Shown: positions 18,381-28,658, counted from the first letter of the stretch. The stretch: DNA of 58,268 bases from Patescibacteria group bacterium (GCA_016926555.1 JAFGOI010000002.1:1-58268); one strand, 5' to 3'. The notes: generated by a model from the letters alone, not told the origin. Made by a program: numbers and translations.

Positions 18381-19504
18381 TATTTGTCCTCCTTCTTTTT
18401 ATCAATCTTGGATTTTTTGTCTGACTTTTCTTTTTTAGCCAATTTACCGATTTCCTTCATAAGCATATTAATTTGGGATGCAACATTTCTTTCCTCCTGA
18501 TCCAAATAATCGAACGCGGCATTCTCCCTAAGGTCTTTATTTCCCTCGGCAGCTTTCCCCCTTTCGAGGATAACTTCTTCTCTCTTTTTCTTCAGCTCTG
18601 AAAGTTGGTCACGAAGTTGATTGATTTTCGACCTTTTCTTTAAGTCTTCATCCCCAGCTTTACTCTTCCCTTCCCTTTCACCCTCATCAAGTTTCTCACC
18701 AGGTTCCACATACTCGTCATCTACCTTTACCACTCCTTCCTCTATATTGGGTTTCGCCTCTTCTTTTTGGATACTTTCCTCTTCGCTTTCTTCCTCCTTT
18801 TTACTCAATTCATACTCCTTGTACCCAGTTTTAATCGCGGCAGAGATTGATTTCAAAACTAATAAAATAGCTTTAATAGCATCGTCATTCCCAGGAATAG
18901 GATAATTCACTTCGGTAGGGTCAGAATTCGTATCTATTAGAGAAACAATCGGAACATTACATCTTTTTGCTTCTTTCACCGCTGTTTTTTCTCTTCGAGG
19001 GTCAATTATAAAAATAGCTTTAGGAAGTCTTCTTAGGTTAGTTATTCCGCCATATGTCACTGTTAATTTTTCAATCTCACGATCAATAAGAAGTCTTTCC
19101 ATCTTCGTATACTTCTCAAACTCTCCCGCATCCCTCTTTGAAAGATAATCCAGCAATTTATCTATGTTTTTTCGGATAGTACGAATATTGGTTAGCGTGC
19201 CCCCAATCCATCTTTCAGTAACATACATAGCACCGCAATTCTTTGCTTCAAGTTCAATAGTTTCGGCAGCCTGTCTTTTTGTTCCTACAAATATTACATC
19301 TCCACCTTTACTTGCCACCTCGTACAGAAATTCACATGCTTCCTTGAGTAAACTTTCAGTCCGCTCCAAATCAATGATATGAACTCCTTTTTTAACAGTG
19401 TAAATATACTGCTCCATCCTCGGATTCCATCTTCGTGTTCTGTGTCCAAAGTGAACACCTGCGCTTATCATTTCTTTAATTGTCGGTATATTAAATTTAG
19501 CCAT
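18380..19504 (-). CDS. rpsB: 30S ribosomal protein S2 with C-terminal acidic linker and GreA-like coiled coil
   Basis: AGVHFGH, RWIGGTLTN, DTNSDP, PGNDDA. Tail contains QLRDQLSELKKKREEV...DLRENAAFDYLDQEE. Confidence 0.96.
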   Translation of the reverse strand: MAKFNIPTIKEMISAGVHFGHRTRRWNPRMEQYIYTVKKGVHIIDLERTESLLKEACEFLYEVASKGGDVIFVGTKRQAAETIELEAKNCGAMYVTERWIGGTLTNIRTIRKNIDKLLDYLSKRDAGEFEKYTKMERLLIDREIEKLTVTYGGITNLRRLPKAIFIIDPRREKTAVKEAKRCNVPIVSLIDTNSDPTEVNYPIPGNDDAIKAILLVLKSISAAIKTGYKEYELSKKEEESEEESIQKEEAKPNIEEGVVKVDDEYVEPGEKLDEGEREGKSKAGDEDLKKRSKINQLRDQLSELKKKREEVILERGKAAEGNKDLRENAAFDYLDQEERNVASQINMLMKEIGKLAKKEKSDKKSKIDKKKEDK

Positions 19505-19694
19505 TTTAGGTTTTTAGTGAGAGAAAAGTAAATAACTGCGAAGGATTATTTATATTCTCCCTTTATTTTTTGAAATTAGGATCCCGCGATTTATATATCA
19601 CAGCCTAATTCCTCACCTGAAAATATCTTCACAGACAAGAGAGCTTCAGGACTGGTACAAGTTATCACACAATAAATGTTTTGACAAGGTTTGC

Positions 19695-21839
19695 TTATTC
19701 AGAATCCTGTGTCTTGCCGCGGGGATCCGTCCAACTGCTCCAGTCACACTCAGGATAGTTACTACATCCGTAAAACACTTTTCGCTTGGCTTTTTTTATT
19801 ACAACGTCACCATCTTTGCCGTTTTCCTGGCACTTGGGACACTTTACTCCAATCTTTTCGAGATAGGGTTTGGTTGTTTTACATTTTGGATAATTGCTGC
19901 AAGCCAAAAACTTTCCAAATCTGCCCTTTTTCAGAACAAACTTTCCATCTTCACAATTGGGGCACTTGCCAAATTCCGTAACCTCATTACCTTCATCGTC
20001 ATATACTTTGTCTTCCTCCATGGGCCTCGCATATTCACAGTCTGGATAACCGCTGCAGCTAATGAATTTCCCATATTTACCAAGTTTAATAACTAATTCT
20101 TTTCCACAATCGGGACACTTTTCATCTAATACTTCCAAAGTTGTGACGTCAGTTTTACTTAGCTCCTTCTCTTTGCTTTTTAACTCCTTCTCAAATGGTT
20201 TATAAAATTCCGAAACAACCGGCACCCACTTTTTGTCTCCTCCAGCAATTTCATCAAGCTGTGACTCCATCTCAGCAGTGAATTCATACCCAATAATATC
20301 TGGAAAGTGCTCTACTAAGAGATCAACAACAACATACGCAACATCTGTGGGAATAAAATATCTGCCATCTCTTTCCACATATCTTCGTGCAGTTATAGTG
20401 GAAATTGTCGGCGCATAAGTTGATGGCCTACCTACTCCTATTTCCTCCATTTTCTTAATTAAAGAGGCATCATTATACCTAGGAGGCGGCTGTGTAAAAT
20501 GTTGGCACGGAATTACTTCATTTAGCTTGACTTTCTCCCCCTCATTGTACTCCGGCAACTCACTTATTTCACCGTTAATATCAAAATTAAGAAGTTTACT
20601 AACGACCATCCACCCTAAAAATTTAATAATAGATCCGGTAGAACGAAGGAGGAACTTCTTTTCGGACAAAACTTCCAAAGTTGTCTGATCATAAACTGCA
20701 GGCACCATTTGACATTCCACGGCCCTTTTCCAAATCATTGTATATACCTTCAATTCATCACCCTTCAATCTATCTTTATCTAACGGGGTTTTTCTGACAT
20801 CCGTGGGTCTTATTGCCTCATGAGCTTCTTGAGCGCCTTTTGAGTTACTCTTATAGAACAAAGCTTTTTCAGGCAGGTAATCCGCGCCAAATTCCTTTTT
20901 AATGTAATTACACGCACTGTCAACAAACTGTGGAGAAAGATTGAAAGAATCAGTTCTATGGTAAGTTATATAGCCCTTCTCAAATAACTTTTGTGCAGCA
21001 CTCATGGTACTACGCGCAGATAATCCATACACATTCGCCATCACCTGCTGCAATGTTGAAGTTTTAAAAGGCGGATTAGTACTTCTCTTTTTCTCAGTTT
21101 TCTTAATCGTTTCTACCTCAAAAACATCTTTTTTAAGTTCCTCGACTATAATATTCGCTTGCTTTTCATTTCCTATCTTTTCATTCTCACCAGCTATCTT
21201 TACTAACTCAGCCTCGAATGGCCTTTTATTTTCTACATCTTTAAACGACGCTTTTATACTCCAATATTCTTCCGGTTTGAATGCTTTTCTCTCGCGTTCT
21301 CTTTCGACTATCAATCTAACCGCTACACTTTGAACCCGGCCGGCGGACAGACCATACCTAACTTTTTTCCAGAGGAGAGGTGACAGCTTATAACCCACAA
21401 GCCGATCTAATATCCTTCTAGCCTGTTGAGCATCGACGAGCGCCATATTCAGCTCACCTAAGTTATCAAACGATTCCTGAATAGCTCCTTTGGTGATTTC
21501 ATGGAATACAGCTCTTTTAAACTCCTTTTGTTTGGATTTTGTTTTGGGCTGAAGTAGTTCGTAAAGATGCCACGCGATAGCTTCCCCTTCTCTGTCAAGA
21601 TCCGTAGCTAATATTATTTTTTGTGATCCTTCTGCTGATTTTTTTAATTCACGAAGCACTTTCTTGGATTTTTCAGGAACAACATACTCAGGAGTGAAAT
21701 CATGTTCCACATCAACACCTAACCCGCTTTTTGGCAGGTCTCTTATATGCCCTCTTGACGCTTTGACTTCATATTCCTTTCCTAAAAACCCTCCAAGGGT
21801 CTTTGCTTTTGTTGGTGATTCTACAATGACCAGGTCCAT
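19695..21839 (-). CDS. topA: DNA topoisomerase I with C-terminal zinc ribbons
   Basis: MDLVIVESPTKAKT, DLDREGE, SAGRVQS, ITYHRTDS. Start placed at ATG 21839. Confidence 0.97.
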   Translation of the reverse strand: MDLVIVESPTKAKTLGGFLGKEYEVKASRGHIRDLPKSGLGVDVEHDFTPEYVVPEKSKKVLRELKKSAEGSQKIILATDLDREGEAIAWHLYELLQPKTKSKQKEFKRAVFHEITKGAIQESFDNLGELNMALVDAQQARRILDRLVGYKLSPLLWKKVRYGLSAGRVQSVAVRLIVERERERKAFKPEEYWSIKASFKDVENKRPFEAELVKIAGENEKIGNEKQANIIVEELKKDVFEVETIKKTEKKRSTNPPFKTSTLQQVMANVYGLSARSTMSAAQKLFEKGYITYHRTDSFNLSPQFVDSACNYIKKEFGADYLPEKALFYKSNSKGAQEAHEAIRPTDVRKTPLDKDRLKGDELKVYTMIWKRAVECQMVPAVYDQTTLEVLSEKKFLLRSTGSIIKFLGWMVVSKLLNFDINGEISELPEYNEGEKVKLNEVIPCQHFTQPPPRYNDASLIKKMEEIGVGRPSTYAPTISTITARRYVERDGRYFIPTDVAYVVVDLLVEHFPDIIGYEFTAEMESQLDEIAGGDKKWVPVVSEFYKPFEKELKSKEKELSKTDVTTLEVLDEKCPDCGKELVIKLGKYGKFISCSGYPDCEYARPMEEDKVYDDEGNEVTEFGKCPNCEDGKFVLKKGRFGKFLACSNYPKCKTTKPYLEKIGVKCPKCQENGKDGDVVIKKAKRKVFYGCSNYPECDWSSWTDPRGKTQDSE

Positions 21840-21877
21840 ACTTGGAAAAGTATAGCACATAAAATCCTTAGGGCGAC

Positions 21878-22531
21878 TTATAGATAGTTCAATATGTCTT
21901 TATAGTCTCCTAGAACATAAGCTCCTTCCTGAATCATCTTATGCGTACCTGTCGATTTCTCACTAAAAATACTACCCGGAACTGCAAATATAGGTTTTCC
22001 ATATTCTAATGCTGCTTCAACAATACTATCCGTGTTACTGTTCTCACCTGCTTCAACCACTATTAACACAGAACAAAACGCGGCTAACACATTATTTCTT
22101 ATTATATAGGTGTCTATTGATGGCGGAATACGTTGACTAAAGGGCGAAACAACAACATGATTTGGGGAATCTATCATTTTCTTAACTAAATTTACACCCG
22201 GAACCGCCTCATTTTGGTGTAATAAATCAAAACTAAAACTCAGAAACCCAATCGATCTGCCATTAACGGCGCATACACTTCTGTGCACACATGTATCTAT
22301 TCCATAACCAAGCCCAGAAACAATTGTTATTCCCGCTTTGGAAAGATAGCTTACTAAGGACCGAACAACTTTTCGCCCATATCTTGTACACTCTCTAGTT
22401 CCGACTAATCCGACTGTTTTTATATCTTCGTCCCTAAAATTACCAAGATATTTAATAGACACATTTAGATCCAACTCTTTAAGACATATGGGGTAAAATT
22501 TGCTTTGTTTATCTATTTCTTTAATTTGCAT
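21878..22531 (-). CDS. dprA: DNA-processing protein DprA (core domain only)
   Basis: VGTRECT.YG, IVSGLGYGID, RN, VVEAG, AVPGSI. Adjacent to topA as usual. Confidence 0.85.
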   Translation of the reverse strand: MQIKEIDKQSKFYPICLKELDLNVSIKYLGNFRDEDIKTVGLVGTRECTRYGRKVVRSLVSYLSKAGITIVSGLGYGIDTCVHRSVCAVNGRSIGFLSFSFDLLHQNEAVPGVNLVKKMIDSPNHVVVSPFSQRIPPSIDTYIIRNNVLAAFCSVLIVVEAGENSNTDSIVEAALEYGKPIFAVPGSIFSEKSTGTHKMIQEGAYVLGDYKDILNYL

Positions 22532-22632
22532 ATGAAATATTCCAGCTTAATTACTACCAGATTTTTAGAAAAAGGCAGTGCTATAGTCTCTATCTAAATT
22601 AGAAAACACCCAAAGCATGATAAAATATCTAT

Positions 22633-23172
22633 ATGGCAGTAAAACCAATAGTTACAATTCCAGACGAACGATTATATAAAAAGACTATAAAGGTAAAGGA
22701 ATTCGATAAAGAAATAAAAGAATTAGTTCAGAACCTTAAAGACACCGTATTATCAGCAAAAGAACCTGAAGGAGCGGGTCTGGCCGCACCACAAATAGGC
22801 AGTGATAAAAGGGTCTGCATAGTCAGAAACTTCTTTCTGGATCCTGACAATAACAATTTAGAGGCCAGCGAAGATTTTATACTTATAAACCCTAAGATAA
22901 TTAGCAAATCAAAGGAAACCGAACTTGATTTTGAGGGCTGTTTAAGTGTTCCTGATATATATGGGAAGGTACAAAGATACAGGAAAATCAAGGTCAAAGC
23001 CCTAAATGAAACTGGCGAACTAATAAGATTGTCCGCAAGTGGGTTCTTCAGCAGGACAATTCAACATGAGATAGATCATCTAAACGGAGAGATTTTCACA
23101 GATAAAGTTGTTGGGAATATCTATACACTAAAAGAACTTGAGGAGTTAGAAAAAGAAAAAAAGATTCTATGA
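22633..23172 (+). CDS. def: Peptide deformylase
   Basis: GAGLAAPQIG, EGCLSVP, QHEIDHLNG. Confidence 0.97.
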   Translation: MAVKPIVTIPDERLYKKTIKVKEFDKEIKELVQNLKDTVLSAKEPEGAGLAAPQIGSDKRVCIVRNFFLDPDNNNLEASEDFILINPKIISKSKETELDFEGCLSVPDIYGKVQRYRKIKVKALNETGELIRLSASGFFSRTIQHEIDHLNGEIFTDKVVGNIYTLKELEELEKEKKIL

Positions 23173-23218
23173 CAATGCCTTCCATTTATCTATTCTAACC
23201 TAATTAGATTACTAGACC

Positions 23219-24187
23219 ATGGGAAAGAAAAAACATATTAACAAAAACTTAAAGGTTTGCTTTTTTGGAACTTCCGACCGCTCTGTTCCAATTTTGGAGT
23301 CTCTCAAAAACAACCTTGATCTTAAATTATATATTACGAAGAAAGACACGCTATTTGGGCGGAAGCAAATTCTAAAAACAACGGAAGTTAAGAGATGGGC
23401 AAGGACAAATAATATATCCATTTATGAACTTAATACTTTGAGTGATAAGGTCGCCCTTGACCTTATACATACGCTAAACTTACAAAAAATCGAGTATGGA
23501 ATCGTGACAGACTTCTCTTTTATCCTACCGGAAACACTCATAAATCATTTTGACAAAAAGTTAATAAACATACACTTTTCATTGCTGCCAAAGTATAGAG
23601 GGGCATCCCCCCTACAGTTTGCAATAAAGAATGGTGATAAAAAAACAGGAATTAGCTTTCAACTCGTAGATAGAAAAATGGACAAAGGCCCGATATTATA
23701 TCAATATGAGTATAATATACCAGACAATAATACATCAGGGGAGGTGTACGATAGTATGTTCAGAGTAACTTCTGAAATACTTCCCCAGGTATTGAACGAC
23801 TACTCCTTCGGGAATTTACAACTCAAAGAACAAAACGAAGCGGAAGCAACCTACACTTATTCAAGCAGCCATCCAAAAAATACACTTATTTACAAAGAAG
23901 ACGGAAAAATAGACTGGAATATGTCTCCCAAACAGATCCACAATTTTGCTCGTGCCTACAATCCTTGGCCCATTTCTTGGACAACTCTAGACGAATTTGA
24001 AAAAGGATATTTAGAACCACAGGGTTTTTGTTTAAAGAATCATATCAAAAAGCAATTAGCCCTTAAAATATACAGAACAGAGCTAAACGAAAAAGATAAA
24101 CTAAATATATTAGAATTACAGATCGAGGGGAAAAAGAAAACAAAATGGCCGGATTTTGTGAATGGATATATTGAGATTAGAGGCTAA
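23219..24187 (+). CDS. fmt: Methionyl-tRNA formyltransferase
   Basis: INIHFSLLPKYRGASP, MDKGPI, RAYNPWP. Follows def. Confidence 0.92.
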   Translation: MGKKKHINKNLKVCFFGTSDRSVPILESLKNNLDLKLYITKKDTLFGRKQILKTTEVKRWARTNNISIYELNTLSDKVALDLIHTLNLQKIEYGIVTDFSFILPETLINHFDKKLINIHFSLLPKYRGASPLQFAIKNGDKKTGISFQLVDRKMDKGPILYQYEYNIPDNNTSGEVYDSMFRVTSEILPQVLNDYSFGNLQLKEQNEAEATYTYSSSHPKNTLIYKEDGKIDWNMSPKQIHNFARAYNPWPISWTTLDEFEKGYLEPQGFCLKNHIKKQLALKIYRTELNEKDKLNILELQIEGKKKTKWPDFVNGYIEIRG

Positions 24188-24203
24188 CTTTAGTTTATTT
24201 TAC

Positions 24204-24440
24204 TTAATTTTCTTCTTGCGCGGACCGATTTTCGTAATCTCTTTTAGCTTTTTTAATCCTCTTTAGACAGGAAGCGCAAATGGTAATCTTGACCTTCTTC
24301 CCATCAATCTCGAGACGCTTTGTTCTAAGGTTAGGAGCCTTTCTAGTAATAGTCCTTCTTATAACACGGTTACCAATACCTCTAGGCACAAGGTTTCCTT
24401 TTTGATAAGTTTTTCCGCACATTTCGCACATTTTAGTCAT
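24204..24440 (-). CDS. rpmB: 50S ribosomal protein L28
   Basis: CEMCGK...R...PNL......ICASCLK. Confidence 0.88.
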   Translation of the reverse strand: MTKMCEMCGKTYQKGNLVPRGIGNRVIRRTITRKAPNLRTKRLEIDGKKVKITICASCLKRIKKAKRDYENRSAQEEN

Positions 24441-24455
24441 AACGTTGGAATTAAA

Positions 24456-24838
24456 TCATGTATTAATAGGTGTGTCAATTGACGCACGGGCCGAGTACAC
24501 TTGTGGGATATTAAGCTGTCTTACAGCCTTAGCAAAGTGACCCTCAAACTCTGCTCCGTTATCTGTATGTACAATTTGAATATTGTTATCAGTGATCATA
24601 GAGTAATCTTTGGATGAAATCCTTAGCGTATTTGGGGGCAATAGAATTGTATACGTTTATGTTTCGGAAGGTTTGGGTCTAGTTTGTGTTTTCTTATTAC
24701 TCGTTCTGTTCTCCATGTGGAGATATCCTGGTCATAAAACCTTTTGTATAGTTTCTTAAGCTTTTTCTTACCATACAGCATGTTATTTTTACGTAGGTTA
24801 TATATTCTATCTTCCTGTAATGAACAGGTATCTAAATA
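24456..24838 (-). pseudogene. Degraded DDE/rve transposase remnant (IS481/IS3-like)
   Basis: Pieces in three frames: YGKKKLKKLY..ISTWRTERVIRKHKL, KYAKDFIQRLLY, IQIVHTDNGAEF..F..AVRQLNIPQVYS. It ends before the final catalytic Glu. Confidence 0.75.
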
Positions 24839-24869
24839 TTTTTCGATGAAACTCTGCTAAAATTTTGGT

Positions 24870-27389
24870 ATGAGTTATGAAGATTATATTGACCTCTCAC
24901 CTCAAGCAATCCTAGATAAATTCAACCAAAATAGAGAAAAAGGTTACAATCAAAACAAAATAACCTCATTACAAGAGCAATACGGAAAAAACTTACTTAT
25001 TAATAATCAAATTACTTGGTGGCATATTTTATTAAGACAGTTCAAGTCTGCCTTTATTTATATACTGATAGCCGCTTCAATTGTCACTTTTGCTCTTGGA
25101 GAGCATATAGATAGTATATTTATACTGTTTTTTATAGTCATAAATGTACTTTTAGGATTCTATCAAGAATATAAGTCTGAACAAACTACAAAGTTTCTTA
25201 AAAAGTATACAAACAAACGTGCTACAGTAATAAGAGATGGGGAGGAAAAAACTGTAGATGCTACTGAACTTGTACCAGGAGATGTTGTAATAGTAGAAAC
25301 AGGCGATATCATACCTGCAGATATTAGAATTATTCAAAGTACATCTCTGATGTTAGATGAATCAACTTTGACTGGCGAGTCAGTTCAAGTTAGAAAAGAT
25401 GAAAAAGAACTGACACAAAAAGTTTCTGAAACATTCCCAGCAACTAATACCGTTTTTTCTGGTACAACAGTAACAGAAGGTCGTGGCATAGGTATTGTTG
25501 TTGGTACCGGGGCTAATACACAGTTTGGAAAAATATCAAAACTAACAACTCAAGTAGAAGAATCAAGCTCTTTTGAAAAGCAGATTGATAAGTTCGGCAA
25601 ATTTATTTTGTTTCTAACTTTAATAACACTAGCTTTAGTTATTATTGTACATATTGTTTTTAAAGACACCCTATCAATTGTAGAGTTAACAATATATTCT
25701 ATCGCTTTAGCAGTAGGGGTTATTCCGGAGGCTATGCCCCTTGTTACGACATTCTCATTATCGTTAGGAGCACAAAATCTCGCAAAAAAGAAAGTTATTG
25801 TCAAAAGGCTCTCTGCAATAGAAGATCTTGGTGGTATACAAGTTTTATGTACAGATAAAACGGGAACCATTACAGAAAATAAACTATCTGTAGCTAATAT
25901 ATATTCAAATGACAATGATCATACTTTGATAAAAGGCTTGATAGCGGCTTCTTCTTTAGACAAAAAAGGAACTCCGAATAACTCATTCGATTTAGCAATA
26001 ATGAATAAACTTGGAAATAAAGCGGAATCAATAATTAATAATGCAAAAAGAATAAACGAGATTCCCTTTAATCCAAACAGAAGAAGAAATAGTGTTATGG
26101 TTGAGTATGAAAATAATACACAACTAATTGTACGTGGCGCAGTGGAATCTGTGATGCCTCATGTGAAAAAACTAAATAGCGGTGAGAACGAAAAACTAAT
26201 GCAATGGATACTAAACGAAGGAAGAGAGGGAAGAAGAATTATTGCAATAGCCTATAGAGACTTCAATAAGGAAGAATACGAGATTGCAGATGAGGAATCC
26301 TCTTTGACCTTTGTTGGGCTAATTTCATTTGAAGATCCCATCAAAGAAAGTACAGAAATTGCAATAAAAAAGGCAAAGGAGCTGGGGATAACAACAAAGA
26401 TTATAACGGGGGACAGTCCTGAAGTGGCACTGGCTGTGGGGTCCGAGATAGGAATTACAGGAAACCAAAATGATGTAATTACAGGGGATGATTTTCATTC
26501 TCTACCAAGAAATAAGCAAAAAGAAATAATTAAAAAGGTAAATGTTTTTGCCCGCGTATCACCTGAACAAAAACACGAACTGATAAAATTACTTCAAGAA
26601 GATTATGAAGTTGGATTTTTAGGGGAAGGAATAAACGATGGCCCTGCCCTAAAAGCAGCGGGAGTCTCAATTGTTGTTGACAATGCTTCAGATGTCTCTA
26701 GAGAAGTCGCAGATATAATATTACTTAAACATGATCTTAAAGTCATAATTGACGGAATAGAACAAGGTAGAAAGACATTTGTAAATGTAGCAAACTATAT
26801 AAAAGCAACATTAGCATCAAACTTTGGTAACTTCTATGCAATGGCGTTCGTTACTCTATTTATAGATTATTTACCCATGCTACCTATGCAGATACTGCTA
26901 GTAAATCTGTTATCCGATTTCCCTATGATATCAATAGCAACAGATAATGTAGACAAAAAAAACATATTAGATCCAAAAAATTACGCTATAAAAGAACTTA
27001 TACTTTTAGCGACTATTCTTGGGCTTGTCAGCACTGCATTTGATTTTACGATGTTTGGGATTTTTAGAAATTACGGGGAGAGTTCACTTCAAACATATTG
27101 GTTCATTGGTAGTATATTGACAGAGTTAGTATTGATTTATTCAATAAGGACTAAAGGTTGGTTTTTCAAGATCAAAAATTTACCTTCAAAAACCATTTTG
27201 ATTCTTACAATTATTGCAGGATTTATTACAGTTTATATTCCATTTACAAACCTTGGTATCGAAGTATTTAAATTCATCACACCATCAATGGATAAATTGC
27301 TAATAATATTTGCGGTCGTTATTGGATATCTTGTCAGTACTGAGTTTGTTAAAAAGATTTATTATAAGTACCTTAATTTTTCAAGCTAG
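24870..27389 (+). CDS. mgtA: P-type cation-transporting ATPase, MgtA-like
   Basis: LTGES, PEAMP, DKTGT, TGD, GEGIND, ASNFGN, PMLPMQIL..NLLSD. Confidence 0.85.
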   Translation: MSYEDYIDLSPQAILDKFNQNREKGYNQNKITSLQEQYGKNLLINNQITWWHILLRQFKSAFIYILIAASIVTFALGEHIDSIFILFFIVINVLLGFYQEYKSEQTTKFLKKYTNKRATVIRDGEEKTVDATELVPGDVVIVETGDIIPADIRIIQSTSLMLDESTLTGESVQVRKDEKELTQKVSETFPATNTVFSGTTVTEGRGIGIVVGTGANTQFGKISKLTTQVEESSSFEKQIDKFGKFILFLTLITLALVIIVHIVFKDTLSIVELTIYSIALAVGVIPEAMPLVTTFSLSLGAQNLAKKKVIVKRLSAIEDLGGIQVLCTDKTGTITENKLSVANIYSNDNDHTLIKGLIAASSLDKKGTPNNSFDLAIMNKLGNKAESIINNAKRINEIPFNPNRRRNSVMVEYENNTQLIVRGAVESVMPHVKKLNSGENEKLMQWILNEGREGRRIIAIAYRDFNKEEYEIADEESSLTFVGLISFEDPIKESTEIAIKKAKELGITTKIITGDSPEVALAVGSEIGITGNQNDVITGDDFHSLPRNKQKEIIKKVNVFARVSPEQKHELIKLLQEDYEVGFLGEGINDGPALKAAGVSIVVDNASDVSREVADIILLKHDLKVIIDGIEQGRKTFVNVANYIKATLASNFGNFYAMAFVTLFIDYLPMLPMQILLVNLLSDFPMISIATDNVDKKNILDPKNYAIKELILLATILGLVSTAFDFTMFGIFRNYGESSLQTYWFIGSILTELVLIYSIRTKGWFFKIKNLPSKTILILTIIAGFITVYIPFTNLGIEVFKFITPSMDKLLIIFAVVIGYLVSTEFVKKIYYKYLNFSS

Positions 27390-28097
27390 ATGGAAATGAA
27401 AACTAAAATAATTGCTACAATAGGTCCTGCAACTTTGAACTTTGATACATTTCAAAAACTTGTAGATGAGGGTATTGATTTTATAAGAATAAATTGCTCG
27501 TATGGTGATAAAAATCAATATAACACTATCCTAAAAAACTTGGACGATGCTAGAAAAACAAAGGATATCTCAGTTTTACTTGATATTAAGAAGTTAGAAC
27601 ATTTGCAATACGCTAAAGATAATAATTTAAAATATATTGCTCTATCGTTTGCTGAATATGAGGAACAAATTACCCGGGTTAGAAATATACTCGAGGACGC
27701 TATTGTTATATCAAAGATTGAATCTAATATAGGAGTCGAGAATTTTAACTCAATTTTGGAAAAATCTGACGGAATAATGGTAGCAAGGGGAGATTTAGGA
27801 GAAGCAGTTAGTTTAGAAAAGGTACCACCACTTCAGAAAGATTTCACCATTAAAACTCTCAGACAAAATAAATTTTTAGTAACAGCCACTGAGATGCTTC
27901 TTTCAATGATAAACAATCCCACACCTACTCGAGCTGAGGTTTCAGACGTTGCAAATGCTGTTTTTGATTTTTCATCAGCGGTGATGCTTTCTGAAGAAAC
28001 AACTATAGGGAAATATCCGGTAGAGTCGGTCAGCTATATGAGAAAAATTATTGGGGAGGCTGAAGAATGGAACGAAAGTAATAAGAAGAAACCTTAG
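27390..28097 (+). CDS. pyk: Pyruvate kinase, catalytic barrel only (no B or C domain)
   Basis: TKIIATIGPA, RIN.S.G, SKIE, MVARGDLG, PTRAEVSDVANAV, MLSEET..GKYP. Confidence 0.85.
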   Translation: MEMKTKIIATIGPATLNFDTFQKLVDEGIDFIRINCSYGDKNQYNTILKNLDDARKTKDISVLLDIKKLEHLQYAKDNNLKYIALSFAEYEEQITRVRNILEDAIVISKIESNIGVENFNSILEKSDGIMVARGDLGEAVSLEKVPPLQKDFTIKTLRQNKFLVTATEMLLSMINNPTPTRAEVSDVANAVFDFSSAVMLSEETTIGKYPVESVSYMRKIIGEAEEWNESNKKKP

Positions 28098-28228
28098 CTA
28101 TGATTAGCCGGCAGTGTGCTACTGGCCTTTTTATACCGTCTCATTTACACTTCTTGGAAGTATACTGTAAAGATTAGAAAAGAGGTTTTTAATAAAAACT
28201 TCTCCATAAAAGCGATGAGGCTCGCTTA

Positions 28229-28438
28229 ATGCCCTTTTTAGGACTGATGGCTTCTACATACTTAGAAGCTATGAAATTCAACAAGAAATCAATAATAGAA
28301 TACATTACAAACAGACACCAAAAGGATGGTGGGTTTCATTTTGCTAACATAGAACCATCGGGCGGTGCAGATACATATTATGCTGTATCCATTTTAAAAG
28401 TGTTAGAAGAGGTAACTGATAGAACCTTGTTTTATTAA
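28229..28438 (+). pseudogene. Fragment carrying one prenyltransferase/squalene-cyclase-type repeat
   Basis: I.EYI..RHQKDGGF.......ADTYYAVSIL..L. A single repeat in 69 aa, so probably truncated. Confidence 0.5.
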
Positions 28439-28439
28439 C

Positions 28440-28658
28440 ATGACCATATTTACAACAGTCTTACTTATAGGTTTGCTCTTCAGTCCCATTGCCGGATTAA
28501 TGGCATTTTTAATTACATACGAAGAGTATAAACACCACTATTCCAGTAAGGAAATACCTTTAAAAGAGGGGGTATCTGCGGGATTATTTACTTTTTTTAT
28601 ATTTTTGTCGTTATCAGCAGTAGTCGGTTTGGTATTTAGTTATACTATCAACACCTAA
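28440..28658 (+). CDS. Small two-TM membrane protein
   Basis: Two hydrophobic helices flank YEEYKHHY. Starts 1 nt after the previous stop. Confidence 0.6.
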   Translation: MTIFTTVLLIGLLFSPIAGLMAFLITYEEYKHHYSSKEIPLKEGVSAGLFTFFIFLSLSAVVGLVFSYTINT

